64,000 nucleotides of DNA. Origin: Narcine bancroftii. Its lineage: Eukaryota. Shown here in pieces: positions 25,696 to 38,400 of this stretch. The DNA lies in assembly GCF_036971445.1 (NCBI RefSeq), contig NC_091476.1, positions 20,708,001 through 20,772,000 of the forward strand, written 5' to 3'. How positions within the stretch are numbered: position 1 is the first letter of the stretch; each line of letters opens with the position of its first letter. The translations under genes were made by a program, and so were the position numbers. Under the pieces are notes generated by a model. That model was not told the DNA's origin and ran no database searches. It was given only the letters and a program-made list of their open reading frames with translations.

Positions 25696-25940
25696 AAGTT
25701 TGTCACATAATATGGGAGAATTACCGTTTTTTTTTTCCTTTTCCTTTTAGAAAACGGATAAGTTTGTCAAATAATATGGGAGAATTACCTCTCTTTTTTT
25801 CCTTTTCCTTTTGGAAAACGGGTAAGTTTGTCACATAATATGGGAGAGTTACCTCACTTTTTTCCTTTTCCTTTTGGAAAACAGATAATTTTGTCACATA
25901 ATATGGGAGAATTATGTCATTTTTTTTTCTGTTTCCTTCT
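25696..25940 (+). repeat. about 63-64 bp tandem repeat x4 within a LINE-like 3' end
   Basis: aagtttgtcacataatatgggagaattac..T-tract..gaaaac recurs at 25696, 25760, 25824, 25887; AATAAA and A-rich tail near 26118-26147. Confidence 0.85.
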
Positions 25941-26271
25941 TCTAAGGATTAGCATAGTGTGAAATTTTGTACATAAAATAGTGCAGAATTTGATAATTGT
26001 GATAATGTGTTGATTCTTCTTTCTTTGTATATCAACATGTAGTTCAGTTTTGGTATTTTATTGTATCTATCTGTGATGTTTCTTTGTTTTGTAACTCCTT
26101 GTTGATTGAAAATCTTTAATAAAAATAATTTTAAAAAATAAAATAATTCCATAATCTTTACATACAGATGAATTTGATTACATTGGCTCTGGGACTTTAT
26201 TTGAGATTCTCTACAGTTAGTGGAAGATTAGTGGAGTCTGAGATAACTGCAAACAATGTCTCTCCCAATAT

Positions 26272-27574
26272 CTGACTGATTCTGATTGACTGATTCTGAT
26301 TGACTGATTCTGATTGACTGATTCTGATTGACTGATTCTGATTGACTGATTCTGATTGACTGATTCTGATTGACTGATTCTGATTGACTGATTCTGATTG
26401 ACTGATTCTGATTGACTGATTCTGATTGACTGATTCTGATTGACTGATTCTGATTGACTGATTCTGATTGACTGATTCTGATTGACTGATTCTGATTGAC
26501 TGATTCTGATTGACTGATTCTGATTGACTGATTCTGATTGACTGATTCTGATTGACTGATTCTGATTGACTGATTCTGATTGACTGATTCTGATTGACTG
26601 ATTCTGATTGACTGATTCTGATTGACTGATTCTGATTGACTGATTCTGATTGACTGATTCTGATTGACTGATTCTGATTGACTGATTCTGATTGACTGAT
26701 TCTGATTGACTGATTCTGATTGACTGATTCTGATTGACTGATTCTGATTGACTGATTCTGATTGACTGATTCTGATTGACTGATTCTGATTGACTGATTC
26801 TGATTGACTGATTCTGATTGACTGATTCTGATTGACTGATTCTGATTGACTGATTCTGATTGACTGATTCTGATTGACTGATTCTGATTGACTGATTCTG
26901 ATTGACTGATTCTGATTGACTGATTCTGATTGACTGATTCTGATTGACTGATTCTGATTGACTGATTCTGATTGACTGATTCTGATTGACTGATTCTGAT
27001 TGACTGATTCTGATTGACTGATTCTGATTGACTGATTCTGATTGACTGATTCTGATTGACTGATTCTGATTGACTGATTCTGATTGACTGATTCTGATTG
27101 ACTGATTCTGATTGACTGATTCTGATTGACTGATTCTGATTGACTGATTCTGATTGACTGATTCTGATTGACTGATTCTGATTGACTGATTCTGATTGAC
27201 TGATTCTGATTGACTGATTCTGATTGACTGATTCTGATTGACTGATTCTGATTGACTGATTCTGATTGACTGATTCTGATTGACTGATTCTGATTGACTG
27301 ATTCTGATTGACTGATTCTGATTGACTGATTCTGATTGACTGATTCTGATTGACTGATTCTGATTGACTGATTCTGATTGACTGATTCTGATTGACTGAT
27401 TCTGATTGACTGATTCTGATTGACTGATTCTGATTGACTGATTCTGATTGACTGATTCTGATTGACTGATTCTGATTGACTGATTCTGATTGACTGATTC
27501 TGATTGACTGATTCTGATTGACTGATTCTGATTGACTGATTCTGATTGACTGATTCTGATTGACTGATTCTGAT
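26272..27574. repeat. 14-bp minisatellite (TCTGATTGACTGAT)n, about 93 copies
   Basis: Directly visible; the 14-aa period of ORF 26228..27601 equals three units. Confidence 0.98.
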
Positions 27575-28735
27575 CAACTGTCTGTGAGCTTGCGAATGCA
27601 TTTATTTTGTGTAGTATTTAAACTGTGAACATTTCACAAAGTTCCTTTGCTATAATTGTCAGAAAATGTTTATCTTGAAATGTTTAACTGTTTATCTTTC
27701 CACACTTGTTATCTAACCTTGAGTGTTTAAAGCACTTTTTGCTTCAGATTTACATCGTCTATAATCATAATGTTCTTTAATACAAATAACAATGTACCAG
27801 CTGCCACAAAGGACATGAGATATAAGAAACAAGAACTACAACAAGTTCTTAGGATTAACAACAATCAGTTGTTTCATCTGATGAGTGCACAGTTTAATTC
27901 CATCCACATCCTGTCACAAGATGAACAAGCCTGTGTCAACATGCAGCAAAATTGATTTTCCAGCAACATTGATATCACGAAAGTACTAGTCATACACCAG
28001 GTCCAACTGGCATCTCAGCACCTCTCATTGGCATCATCACCAGCAAAATACTGGGGCTCTCCACTATCCACGGCACATGAATTCCAGTCGATAACTGGTT
28101 CTGCTCTAACGAATAAGTCAATTCTTTATACCCCAAAGCTATTCTATATTGATAAAGCACATGTCAGAGACTTGACAGAATACTTCACAACTACATTGAT
28201 TAATTCAATAATATAAGAAATTCAATACTAACCAGGACAATGATTCATTCAAATATGTACTCTTTCCATCACGAGATAACATCACTACAGTACATTACAT
28301 CTAGAAAATACACTGCAGTTACTCCAGGAGTTACTTTCTCCATCTGCTTATCAATTTGCTTTTACACATGTTGGGCCTGTCCTGCACGTGGAATAGGACA
28401 AATCAAAGCACCAGCAATCAAATCCTGCATTATTCAATTGGTGATCCAAGAGCTCATTGTTTGCTATGAAATGCACAAGTTACAAAGTTAGAAAGCAAAA
28501 CTTTCCTCCCAGTTCACCTTAGGTCAGAGACATTTTGAGGTTGGGGCTTTCATTTTAGGCTGCAAGATCTAATTGCTGTGTAGACCTTACAGCCAGACTT
28601 GAGATGGGTGGAATTGCACCTGATCCAGCATAATGTGGCAAAATAACTCTTCACCTTTTCCAATATAATTTCTATGCAGCACCATAAAACCATAATACAT
28701 AGAATTTCCCCCTTGTTATTGTAAATTATGTCAGC

Positions 28736-28795
28736 AGATTACACAACTTAAATCTCACGTTAAATACTGCAGGTGAGATTCAAGTTGTGTAATCT
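28736..28795 (-). other. inverted repeat / hairpin, 23-bp stem and 14-nt loop
   Basis: AGATTACACAACTTAAATCTCAC ... GTGAGATTCAAGTTGTGTAATCT; 22/23 complementary. Confidence 0.9.
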
Positions 28796-29091
28796 ACCTT
28801 AGGCACTGCTACTAAGAAATGATAGTCAACCCATTGCTTCTGTACATTGTCAATAATACCATTGTCTGCTCATAGTGATCAGTATAATTAGCAAGTACCA
28901 AATAGCATTCTCTGCATTACTTTAAATGGACTCATCAAAATATCACATCTCCTTTCAGTGGGGTATCCAATTTTGCCAGTTCTATTCTAACAGCATAACC
29001 TGAAATATATTTTGACCAGGACACAAGAAAAATGTTTGTAAAATTACTGCCAACAATCCGAGAAGAACGGAGTAATATAGAGTAAAATTAC

Positions 29092-29229
29092 CTTTTCCTT
29101 CTGATTCAGGTGTAAATAGCATGATGCCCTGTTCCTCTGGAGTCTAGCTAGATTTTTATCCATTTGCCCAGCAGAAAAAAAACTTGATGAATAACTGTAC
29201 CATTGGAGGGCCTCAGTATAATTCTGCAT
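29092..29229 (-). CDS. TEX11: TEX11 exon MQNYTEALQWYSYSSSFFSAGQMDKNLARLQRNRASCYLHLNQKEK (TPR)
   Basis: ttttag|ATG...AAG|gtaatt; 138 nt; QNYT.ALQWY and LQRN.A.CYL motifs. Confidence 0.96.
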
Positions 29230-29519
29230 CTAAAAATTTGAGAAGAGAAACTTGACAGTTATAGAATTTCTGACTCTTCAAAAGTTAAAAGACATCTGAA
29301 TTTTTTCAAAGCTTGCAACTGCACTTATGCAGCAACAATTTAAAGGAAAATCTACTATTTGGGGTTGGAACTGGAAAGGTATGTGACCAAGGAACCACAC
29401 AAGTACACAAACAAAATAAAACAAGTAGGAAGTGTTCCACTACAAGCCACCTGGTGGCCATTCAATCCTGGAAGTTGAATACATTGACCAGAGTGACTCA
29501 CACTTTCTATGCTTCCAGT

Positions 29520-29880
29520 TAAACAAGAAAATCTGCAGATGCTGGGGTCAAGTGCAAAACACAAATATGCTGGAGAAATTCAGCAGGTCACACAGCATTC
29601 AAAGGAATTAAAAGGTAACCAATGTTTTGGGCATGAATTCTTAGTCAGAAATAAGAAAAGAGGTAGGCTACTGAATAAAAATGCAGGGGAAGGAGAGGGA
29701 GAGGAGCACAGGCTAACAGATGAGAGGTAACAGGTAGATACAGGTGGGAGGGTAGGAAAAAAAGGCTGAGATGCGATAGGGAACATGGGCAGAAGGCTAT
29801 GAAGGATAGCTCTCTGATAGAAGGAAGGGAAGGAGATGGGGAGCTGGAGGAAAGGAGACAATTTCTGAATGGACAATTAA
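29520..29880 (-). mobile_element. Penelope-like element terminal fragment
   Basis: aaaatctgcagatgctgg end motif (also near 16210, 17715, 33595, 61515) and a degenerate hammerhead-like core near 29615-29648; family inferred. Confidence 0.6.
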
Positions 29881-30366
29881 CCACAAACATTTTCAAAAGG
29901 TTATAGCAGCCTAAATATCAGCAGTGATAGAGGGATCTGAAGTGCCAGTTGATGAAGTAGACAAAGACGATGTGGTCAAACAATAATCATGGCTTTTATT
30001 AGCAGAAACTCATGGCACAATAATGAAAGAGAATAGGTGCATACACAGTTATACCCAAGGGGAGTGTCCTTAACAGTAGAGATAATGCATAGCCATTGTT
30101 AGTACAGCAAGACTCGCCAGAGGGGAGACAGGCAGCTTGGCAGACATTCACCACAGGATCAAATCAGATTTAATGACAAAGTATAATTAAAAGTAGATTT
30201 AAGCAGTAATTTTAGAAGACACTATATTCAGAATTTTACTATATGTTTGACATGGAGATATCATACAATGGAAGCAATTATGTAACCCACCCTGTTATCT
30301 CCATTCCAGAAAATCTATATTGCATTACATTTGGTTAGATTTCAGAAGGCTTCCAATATATCCCAC

Positions 30367-30452
30367 CTCAAAATACTTGGCAGCTTTCTCCCAGAGAACA
30401 ATGTGAAATTGAGTCAGAATATCTGATGAAAGTCTCTTTCCTGTGTAATGAC
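30367..30452 (-). CDS. TEX11: TEX11 exon (G)HYTGKRLSSDILTQFHIVLWEKAAKYFE
   Basis: tttatag|GT...GAG|gtggga; 86 nt; H..LW..AA..FE motif. Confidence 0.93.
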
Positions 30453-32284
30453 CTATAAAGTAATCAAAAGAATTGACCAGAAGGAAAATAAACAGAAAAA
30501 TCTGGTTATTAGAATTATAGCTTTGCCATTCAGTAATGTGAAATTTGCAAGACACCAGCAGGTGAATCACTCCTAACTATACGTAATTTTAAAGTATGAA
30601 CTTGTGCATAAACATGTTTCATGTCAACAAATAAATTAACATTCTTCATGAAACTGAATGTAGAAATCAGACTTTGGAGCTACAATCAATAGAGCCAAAG
30701 AAATCAGTGAATTGTTTAGGCAAGGCAATATAGAAGATGGTGGTCCAGTTTGAACTTGACCTAGTCCAATAACAAGCAGCTCACTTTTCCTTACGAGAAG
30801 ACTAAACAAACTGATCCTCTTCACCCCCACAGACCTTTTGCAAAGCAAGACATATTTGAAGATTACCAAGATTATCTATTTTTGAGCAATTTCCCCGAGT
30901 ATAACCTGACAAGCTTTGGGAGATAACTATCAAAGGTTGCTTTCTTTTTCAATATTTTAATTAACATTTAAATTTCACATCCAAAAATACATAGTACTAA
31001 TGGATATATGTTAAAAGTCAAAAGGATACATTACACTTAAATCATATACCATAATGTTATCTAAGATATCCAACATTTTAATCAAACAGATTACATTGTA
31101 TTGATATTTTATGATTTTAAAAAAATCTAAACCCACTACCAAGAAAAAAGCTGTTTATCAGTGATAAATTGCCTCATTAGTCAACAGTTCTACCTTCATA
31201 ACAAATCAAAGATTATAAAAGTAATTCAAAAAGGGTCCCCAATGTTTGAAAATTTGAATTCAAATTGGAAATTGAGCAGAATCAAAGGTTGCTAAACTGG
31301 TTTTAAATATGTAAAATCAAATAAAAATTCTTAAAATATCAGAATAAGTTATAATCAAGTCCACAAAAGATTAAGAAATAATTGCAAATATTCTATTAAA
31401 AACTTATACAAGCACTGCTGTGTTGATAACCAGATTCAAAGAAGTTGCCTGATTACCATAACTTTTGCAATCATACAGAGCCCAAAGTCAAACAGCTAAC
31501 AGAGAAAAAGATCTTAAGAAATTTGGCATCTTCTCCTTTTAAGGAAATTATAGGGAAAAGTCAAAACTAGCAGTGGAAGTGAACAAGCTCAAAATGTAGT
31601 ACTTAAACAAGCCCTTGAATTGCCAAGTTCTGATAAATGACATGAATGTCGATGCATCATTTATGGTCAGGATATTGAAAGATTTGGTTTTAGTAGTGAA
31701 CTAGTGAAAAAAATATTTTATCTGAATTTAAAAACCGGAAGGTTCCCAATTAATATTTTGCAGCCCAAGTATTTGAAAGTATCTACTTTTTTAATATAGA
31801 GCTTTAATCATTTTAACTGAAATATTCTTTGGCAGATTTCCAAATAATAAAGTAATACAAAATAATGAAAAAAAAAGTAGCATTTCACGAAGGGAAAGAG
31901 TTCCTCTTATGACCCTATCTCCGATCTTACTATTCTTCCTCACACTCCACCACCTCTCTCCAAAAGCCATTGTATGACTAAGTGGCCTATGCTTAAATTT
32001 TAGTAAGCATTTTACAGAATACTAGCGGCCTTCTTTTAAAATGTGTTTCTTTCATACTCTGATTAGAAATACATTATGAAGTTTATTAAAAGACAAAGTG
32101 ACATTTAAATTGAATTTACTAAAGGTGGAATATGCATTGTTTCCTGATGCAAAATTTAACAGGATCAGCCCAAAAGTGATGGGTTCATTGTGGAACAAAG
32201 AGCAAGATAGAAATCCGAATAGTTTTGGAATACCTTACCCAAGCATAGATATTACAAGGATTCACAATACACTGATTTTCCTAC

Positions 32285-32436
32285 CTGCTATAATGTCTTC
32301 TATTTTTTGCTTGGCAAGTTGCTCGTGGCCTCTCTTCAAAAATTGCATAAAATGCAACAGCAAAATTTTCCCAATATCATGAGAAGTTTCAAAATGCTTT
32401 GACAGAATTGCCAGAAACTCAAAGGACAGCACATCT
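32285..32436 (-). CDS. TEX11: TEX11 exon DVLSFEFLAILSKHFETSHDIGKILLLHFMQFLKRGHEQLAKQKIEDIIA
   Basis: atttcag|A...G|gtagga; 152 nt; embedded in ORF 32262..32627. Confidence 0.93.
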
Positions 32437-32470
32437 CTGAAATGTAAAGCATTAGTTATTAGGTCAGCAT

Positions 32471-32502
32471 TATATATATATATATATATATATATATCTA
32501 TA
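32471..32502. repeat. (TA)n microsatellite abutting RTE tail
   Basis: Directly visible. Confidence 0.9.
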
Positions 32503-33366
32503 TCTTCTTTGGCTTGGCTTCGCGGACGAAGATTTATGGAGGGGTATGTCCATGTCTGCTGCAGGCTCGTTGGTGACTGACAAGTCCAATGCAGCTCGGC
32601 AGGCAGGCTCAGTTGCAGCGGTTGCAAGGGAAAATTGGTTGGTTGGGGTTGGGTGTTGGGTTTTCCTCCTTTGTCTTTTGTCAGATGTGGGCTCTGCAGT
32701 CTTCTTCAAAGGAGGTTGCTGCCCACCGAACTGTGAGGCGCCAAGATGCACGGTTGGAGGCGATATCAGCCCACTGGCGGTGGTCGATGTGACAGGCACC
32801 AAGAGATTTCTTTAAGCAGTCCTTGTACCTCTTCTTTGGTGCACCTCTGTCTCGGTGGCCAGTGGAAAGCTCGCCATATAACACGATCTTGGGAAGGCGA
32901 TGGTCCTCCATTCTGGAGACGTGACCCATCCAGCGCAGTTGGGTCTTCACCAGCGTGGATTCAATGCTTGCGGACTCTGCCAGCTCGAGTACTTCGATGT
33001 TGGTGATGAAGTCACTCCAATGAATGTTGAGGATGGAGCGGAGACAGCGTTGATGGAAGCTTTCTAGGAGCCGTAGGTGATGCCGGTAGAGGACCCATGA
33101 TCCGGAGCCGAACAGGAGCGTGGGTATGACAACGGCTCTGTACATGCTGATCTTTGTGTTTTTCTTCAGGTGGTTGTTTTTCCAGACTCTTTTGTGTAGT
33201 CTTCCAAAGGCGCTATTTGCCTTGGCGAGTCGTTGTCTATCTCGTTGTCGATCCTTGCATCAGATGAAATGGTGCAGCCGAGGTAGGTAAACTGGTTGAC
33301 CGTTTTGAGTTCTGTGTGCCCGATGGAGATGTGGGGGGGGGGGGCTGGTAGTCATGGTGGGGAGCT
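32503..33366 (-). mobile_element. RTE-clade LINE 3' part, running into an assembly gap
   Basis: ORF 32681..33145 YRAVVIPTLLFGS...QLRWMGHVSRMEDHRLPK. Confidence 0.95.
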
Positions 33367-33500
33367 NNNNNNNNNNNNNNNNNNNNNNNNNNNNNNNNNN
33401 NNNNNNNNNNNNNNNNNNNNNNNNNNNNNNNNNNNNNNNNNNNNNNNNNNNNNNNNNNNNNNNNNNNNNNNNNNNNNNNNNNNNNNNNNNNNNNNNNNNN
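33367..33500. other. assembly gap (134 N)
   Basis: Run of N. Confidence 1.
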
Positions 33501-34029
33501 CTTGAAGTTATTTCCACTTACCACCAAGAAAATATCTAAAAATTGAATCATCTTTTAATTCCAAGCACCTCTCATAATGACCAGGTAAATAAGGATGCTA
33601 CAGATGCTGGAGGACGAAAGCAATACACAGAAGTGCTGGAGAAGTGCAGCAAGCTGAACTCCTCAAGAATTTGCGAACTTTGCTTAACCACCATGCTGGT
33701 AACTGGCCAAAGATAAAGTCAATCAAGAAAATTGTCATCAGTGTTGAAAGATGGATCCCATTGATTTACTTTTAACAACTTCAGAGAGCATTTCAAAAAT
33801 GAGGCAAAGATGGGTCAACTCTTGCAAGTTTACTCATCCTGTAATTATCTAGAACTTCAGCACAAGAATAATGAGCAATGCAATAGACACAGCATAACTA
33901 TAACAAAGAATAATATCACAGGCACAGCACAACTAATAATGCAATTATAAGAAGAGAATTTGGAACACAGATTGTGGAAGTGTGCAAAAGGACGCAAATA
34001 CAACAAGAATGGCTATATTAAAATATATT

Positions 34030-34270
34030 TAATTTTTCATTTTAATATAGCATAGTAACAGGCCCTCCCAACCCACAAGCTGGCATCACCTAAATACATC
34101 CATGTATTAAACCTATCAACCCTGTATGACTTTGGAACATGGAAGGAAACCAAAGCACCCAGAAAAACACCACTCACACACGGGAAGAGCAGACAAACTA
34201 TTTACAGACAGTGCCACATTTGCACCCAGGTCGCTGGTGCTGTAATAGCATTGTGCTAACCATGTCACCC
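34030..34270 (-). mobile_element. V-SINE copy (decayed)
   Basis: Reverse complement resembles 15915-16180 (ggttagcacaatgctattacagcaccagcgacctgggt). Confidence 0.65.
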
Positions 34271-34704
34271 CACGATAACCATGTCATTACATTTATATAG
34301 TAAACATAATGCCTTGGTTTTGAAAATGTATAATCTTTTGACTTTGATTATTTGTTTAAAAGTTCACCTGGATCATTACAAATTTAATCCCTGAAAGGGA
34401 AAAAAAAAATCACAAATGTCTGGTTCAAGATCACACAAAATATGAGCACAAATAAATAAATAGAAAAACAAACAACTTTCAGTGGTAACACTTCTCCCAA
34501 ATCTAATCAGAAAATGTAATAATAAACAAGTCCTCCAAATAGTAAACGCATATTTACATGGAATTGATTTTTCCAAAGTTAATGGAAATGAGATATGACT
34601 CATATTCTTTATAGCCCATTCATTCTCAATACCCATAAATCCAAATGAAACACCGACTGCATAATTTACTCAAATGTCCTTTGCAACAAGTGAATTTCAC
34701 TAAC

Positions 34705-34780
34705 CGGTCATGCTCCATTAGTAATTTTGCAGCTTCAAGACAAACAGGAAGTGACACTTTTCCAAGAAGATCTCTCACAG
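34705..34780 (-). CDS. TEX11: TEX11 exon (A)VRDLLGKVSLPVCLEAAKLLMEHD(R)
   Basis: gtgttag|CT...CG|gttagt; 76 nt; CL..AKLLM.H motif. Confidence 0.9.
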
Positions 34781-35459
34781 CTAACACAAATCCCAAAAGG
34801 CAGATAAAAAGACCAATTAGAGTCAGAAATCATCAGAGGTCTCAAAATATTTCCTAATTTAGATGTCACACAATACATTAGATAAGTAAACAGATTTCTC
34901 AGTTTCCAGTACAGCCAATGAAAAATCTGTACATCTGTGCATTGTTACACCTTAACCTGTCATCCAAAACCAGCATTGTCATTATGCAAACTCTACTCTT
35001 CAGGATTCAGTGATCGTCTTCTCAATTGACAAGTAGTAAATGTTCAGATTTCATACTTTGCATTGGGGCAGAGGCAACAAGATGAATATTAGCAGAGGTG
35101 GCAATACATGAACAGTCACCTAAGTATTTTGTTCTTTGGACTTATTGCAAGTGATGGGTACTGCTTTCTCATAAATGCCATCAAAAATGCTAAAGAGCCA
35201 TCTTCAAGGCCAACTGCAGAACTATTTTGTGAAATAACTATTATGCCAAATTAGGAGTAAGCAATCACAGGAACATGCATCTCCAGGGAAAGATTGTGCA
35301 TGACTTAGAATCCATGTGGATGACTTATAAATAATATGATAACTGCTGAACTTTTATAGTTATCTATCACTGAAACAGGCTCCAAGTCCGCAACTGATCA
35401 AAATGTACATTCATGATTTGGATGCAGGGACAGAGTGCAGCATTTCATTTTGACACTGA

Positions 35460-38400
35460 ATTGATTTCAGAATTCATATTTATTGGCAGACCATACACAA
35501 GGCATCACATACAACCCTGACATTCTATATCCTGTGTGTGAGGCAGAATTATTACTTATTGGTAGTGCAAAAAACACATGTAAACAAATAAAAAACTGTA
35601 AACATAATGAATGTTAAAAAAAACTGCAATACAGAGAGGGAACAAAACAAACAACCAATAAAATGCATAGGAAAGAGTCCTTAAATGAGTCCCTGATTGA
35701 GTTTGTTGTTGAGGAGTCTGATGGTGGAGAGGTAGCAGCTGTTCCTGAACCAGGAGGTGCAAGTCTCGTGGCACCTAGACCTCTTTCCTGATGGCAGCAG
35801 TGAAAACAGAGCGTGTGCTGCGTCATATGGATCCTCGATTATTGCAGCTGCTCTCCAATAGAAGCGTTCCACATAGATGTCAATGGTGGGGATGGTTTTG
35901 CCTGTGATGCCCAAGGCTGTGTCCACTACCTTTTGGAGAGCTTTACCCTCAGGAGCATTGGTATCCCCATAACAGACTGTGATGCAGCTAGTCAGCATTC
36001 TTTCCACTATACATCTGTAAAAATTTCCCAATGTTTCTTTTTTAAATTTTTTTACTTTTCACACTATAAACCATATTGACCAAGATACATACAGACATTT
36101 TTCTTCTTAAATATATACAGTGTCAATTTCTCCCCCTTTTACCCCCCTCCCTTCCCTCCCTCTCCCATTTATTTAAAGTTCAAACTATAAGATACATTAA
36201 ACCCGTTAAACAATATTGTCACTTAATAAAAATAAACAAGAAATTTTACTGAGTCAGTTCTTTTCGTTATCTTCTCCTTCTGTCACTTTAGGTGGTGGAA
36301 GTCCACGGTAGGATTTCTCTATTGTGTTTCATGTATGGCTCCCATATTTGTTTAAATATTGTAATGTTATTTCTTAAATTATATGTTATTTTTTCTAATT
36401 TATTCATTTCTATATACCATTGTTGTATTCTCAAGTTGTCTTCTAATTTCCAGGTTGACATAATACATTTTTTTGCTACAGCTAAGGCTATCATAACAAA
36501 TCTTTTTTGTGCTCCATCCAAATCAAGTCCAAATTTTTTGTTTCTTATATTACTTAGGAGGAAGATCTCTGGGTTTTTTGGTATATTGCTTTTTGTGATT
36601 TTATTTAATATCTGGTTTAGATCTTCCCAAAATTTTTCCACTTTCTCACATGTCCAAATTGCATGAATTGTTGTTCCTGTTTCCTTTTTACAGCGAAAAC
36701 ATCTATCTGATACTGTTGGGTCCCATTTATTTAACTTTTGAGGTGTGATGTATAGCCTATCTATCCAATTATATTGTATCTTGCGTAACCTCGTGTTTAT
36801 TGTATTTCTCATAGTTCCGGAGCATAGCGTCTCCCATGTTTCATTCTTTATCTTTATGTTTAGATCTTGTTCCCATTTTTGTTTAGGTTTACCATTTGTT
36901 TCCTCGTTCTCCTTTTCTTGCAGTTTGATGTACATGTTTGTTACAAATTTTTTGATTATCATTGTATCTGTAATCACATATTCAAAATTGCTTCCTTCTG
37001 GTAACTTCAGACTGTTTCCCAATTTGTCCTTCAAGTAGGTTTTCAGTTGGTAGTATGCAAACATTGTATCGTGAGTTATATTATATTTATCCTTCATTTG
37101 TTCAAAGGATAATAATTTATTTCCCGAAAAACAATTTTCTATTCTTTTGATCCCTTTTCTCTCCCATTCTCTAAAGGAAAGATTATCTATTGTAAAAGGG
37201 ATTAGCTGATTTTGCGTCAATATTAGTTTTGGTAGTTGGTAATTTGTTTTATTCCTTTCTACATGAATCTTCTTCCAAATGTTGAGCAGATGATGCAATA
37301 CCAGTGAATTCCTATGTTGTACAAATTTTTCATCCCATTTATATAGTTTATGTTCAGATATCTTCTCCCCTATTTTATCTAGTTCTAATCTGGTCCAATC
37401 TGGTTTTTCCCTTGTTTGATAAAAATCCGATAGGTATCTTAATTATGCGGCTCTCTAATAATTTTTAAAGTTTGGTAGTTATAAGCCTCCTTGTTTGTAC
37501 CATTCTGTTAATTTATCTAGTGCTATCCTCAGTTTCCCCCCTTTCCATAAAAATTTCCTTATTATTTTCTTTAACTCGTTGAAGAATTTCTCTGTTAGGC
37601 GTATTGGTAATAACTGAAATAGGTATTGTATCCTTGGGAAAATGTTCATTTTAATACAGTTTACCCTTCCTATCAGTGTTAGTGGTAAGTCTTTCCAATG
37701 CTCTAAGTTATCTTGTATTTTTTTCATTAATGGATGGCAATTGAGTTTATATAGATGGTTGAGGTTTTCATTTAGTTGTATACCTAGGTATCTTATTGCT
37801 TGCATTTGCCATCTGAACGGTGATTCTTTCTTAAATTTTGAGAAATCCGCATTATTCATTGGCATTGCTTCACTTTTATTTACGTTAATCTTGTAACCCG
37901 ACACTTCTCCATATTCCTTCAATTTCTTATATAATTCTTTTATTGATATTTCTGGTTCTGTTAAGTATATTATAACATCATCTGCAAATAGACTGATTTT
38001 ATATTCCTTCTCTTTATTTTTATCCCTTTTATTTTATTTTCTGTTCTTATCAGTTCTGCTAGTGGTTCTATAGCTAATGCGAACAGTGAGGGAGATAGTG
38101 GACATCCCTGCCTTGTTGATCTGCTTAAGTTAAATTGTTTTGATATATATCCATTTACTGTCACTTTCGCCAATGGCCCCTTATATAATGCTTTAATCCA
38201 ATTAATATATTTCTCTGGTAAGCTGAATTTTTGTAGTACTTTGAATAAATAATTCCATTCTACTCTGTCAAAAGCTTTCTCTGCGTCTAAAGCAACCGCT
38301 ACTGTTGGTGTTTTATTTCCTTCAACTGCATGAATTAAGTTAATAAATTTACAGATATTGTCCGTTGTTCGTCTTTTTTTAATAAATCCAGTTTTTTTTG

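Noticed and set aside
25696-25940. CRISPR-like array (conserved ~29-nt core with ~35-nt gaps)
   Set aside because: The gaps are homologous T-rich tracts and not unique spacers; no cas genes; eukaryotic context.
26228-27601. 457-aa ORF as a real repetitive protein gene
   Set aside because: It follows automatically from a 14-bp unit with no stop on one strand; non-repeat flanks are only a few codons. Kept only as a repeat finding.
29925-30155. Short solo LTR ending in ...attcaccaca
   Set aside because: Looks repeat-like, but no TG start or TSD could be fixed.
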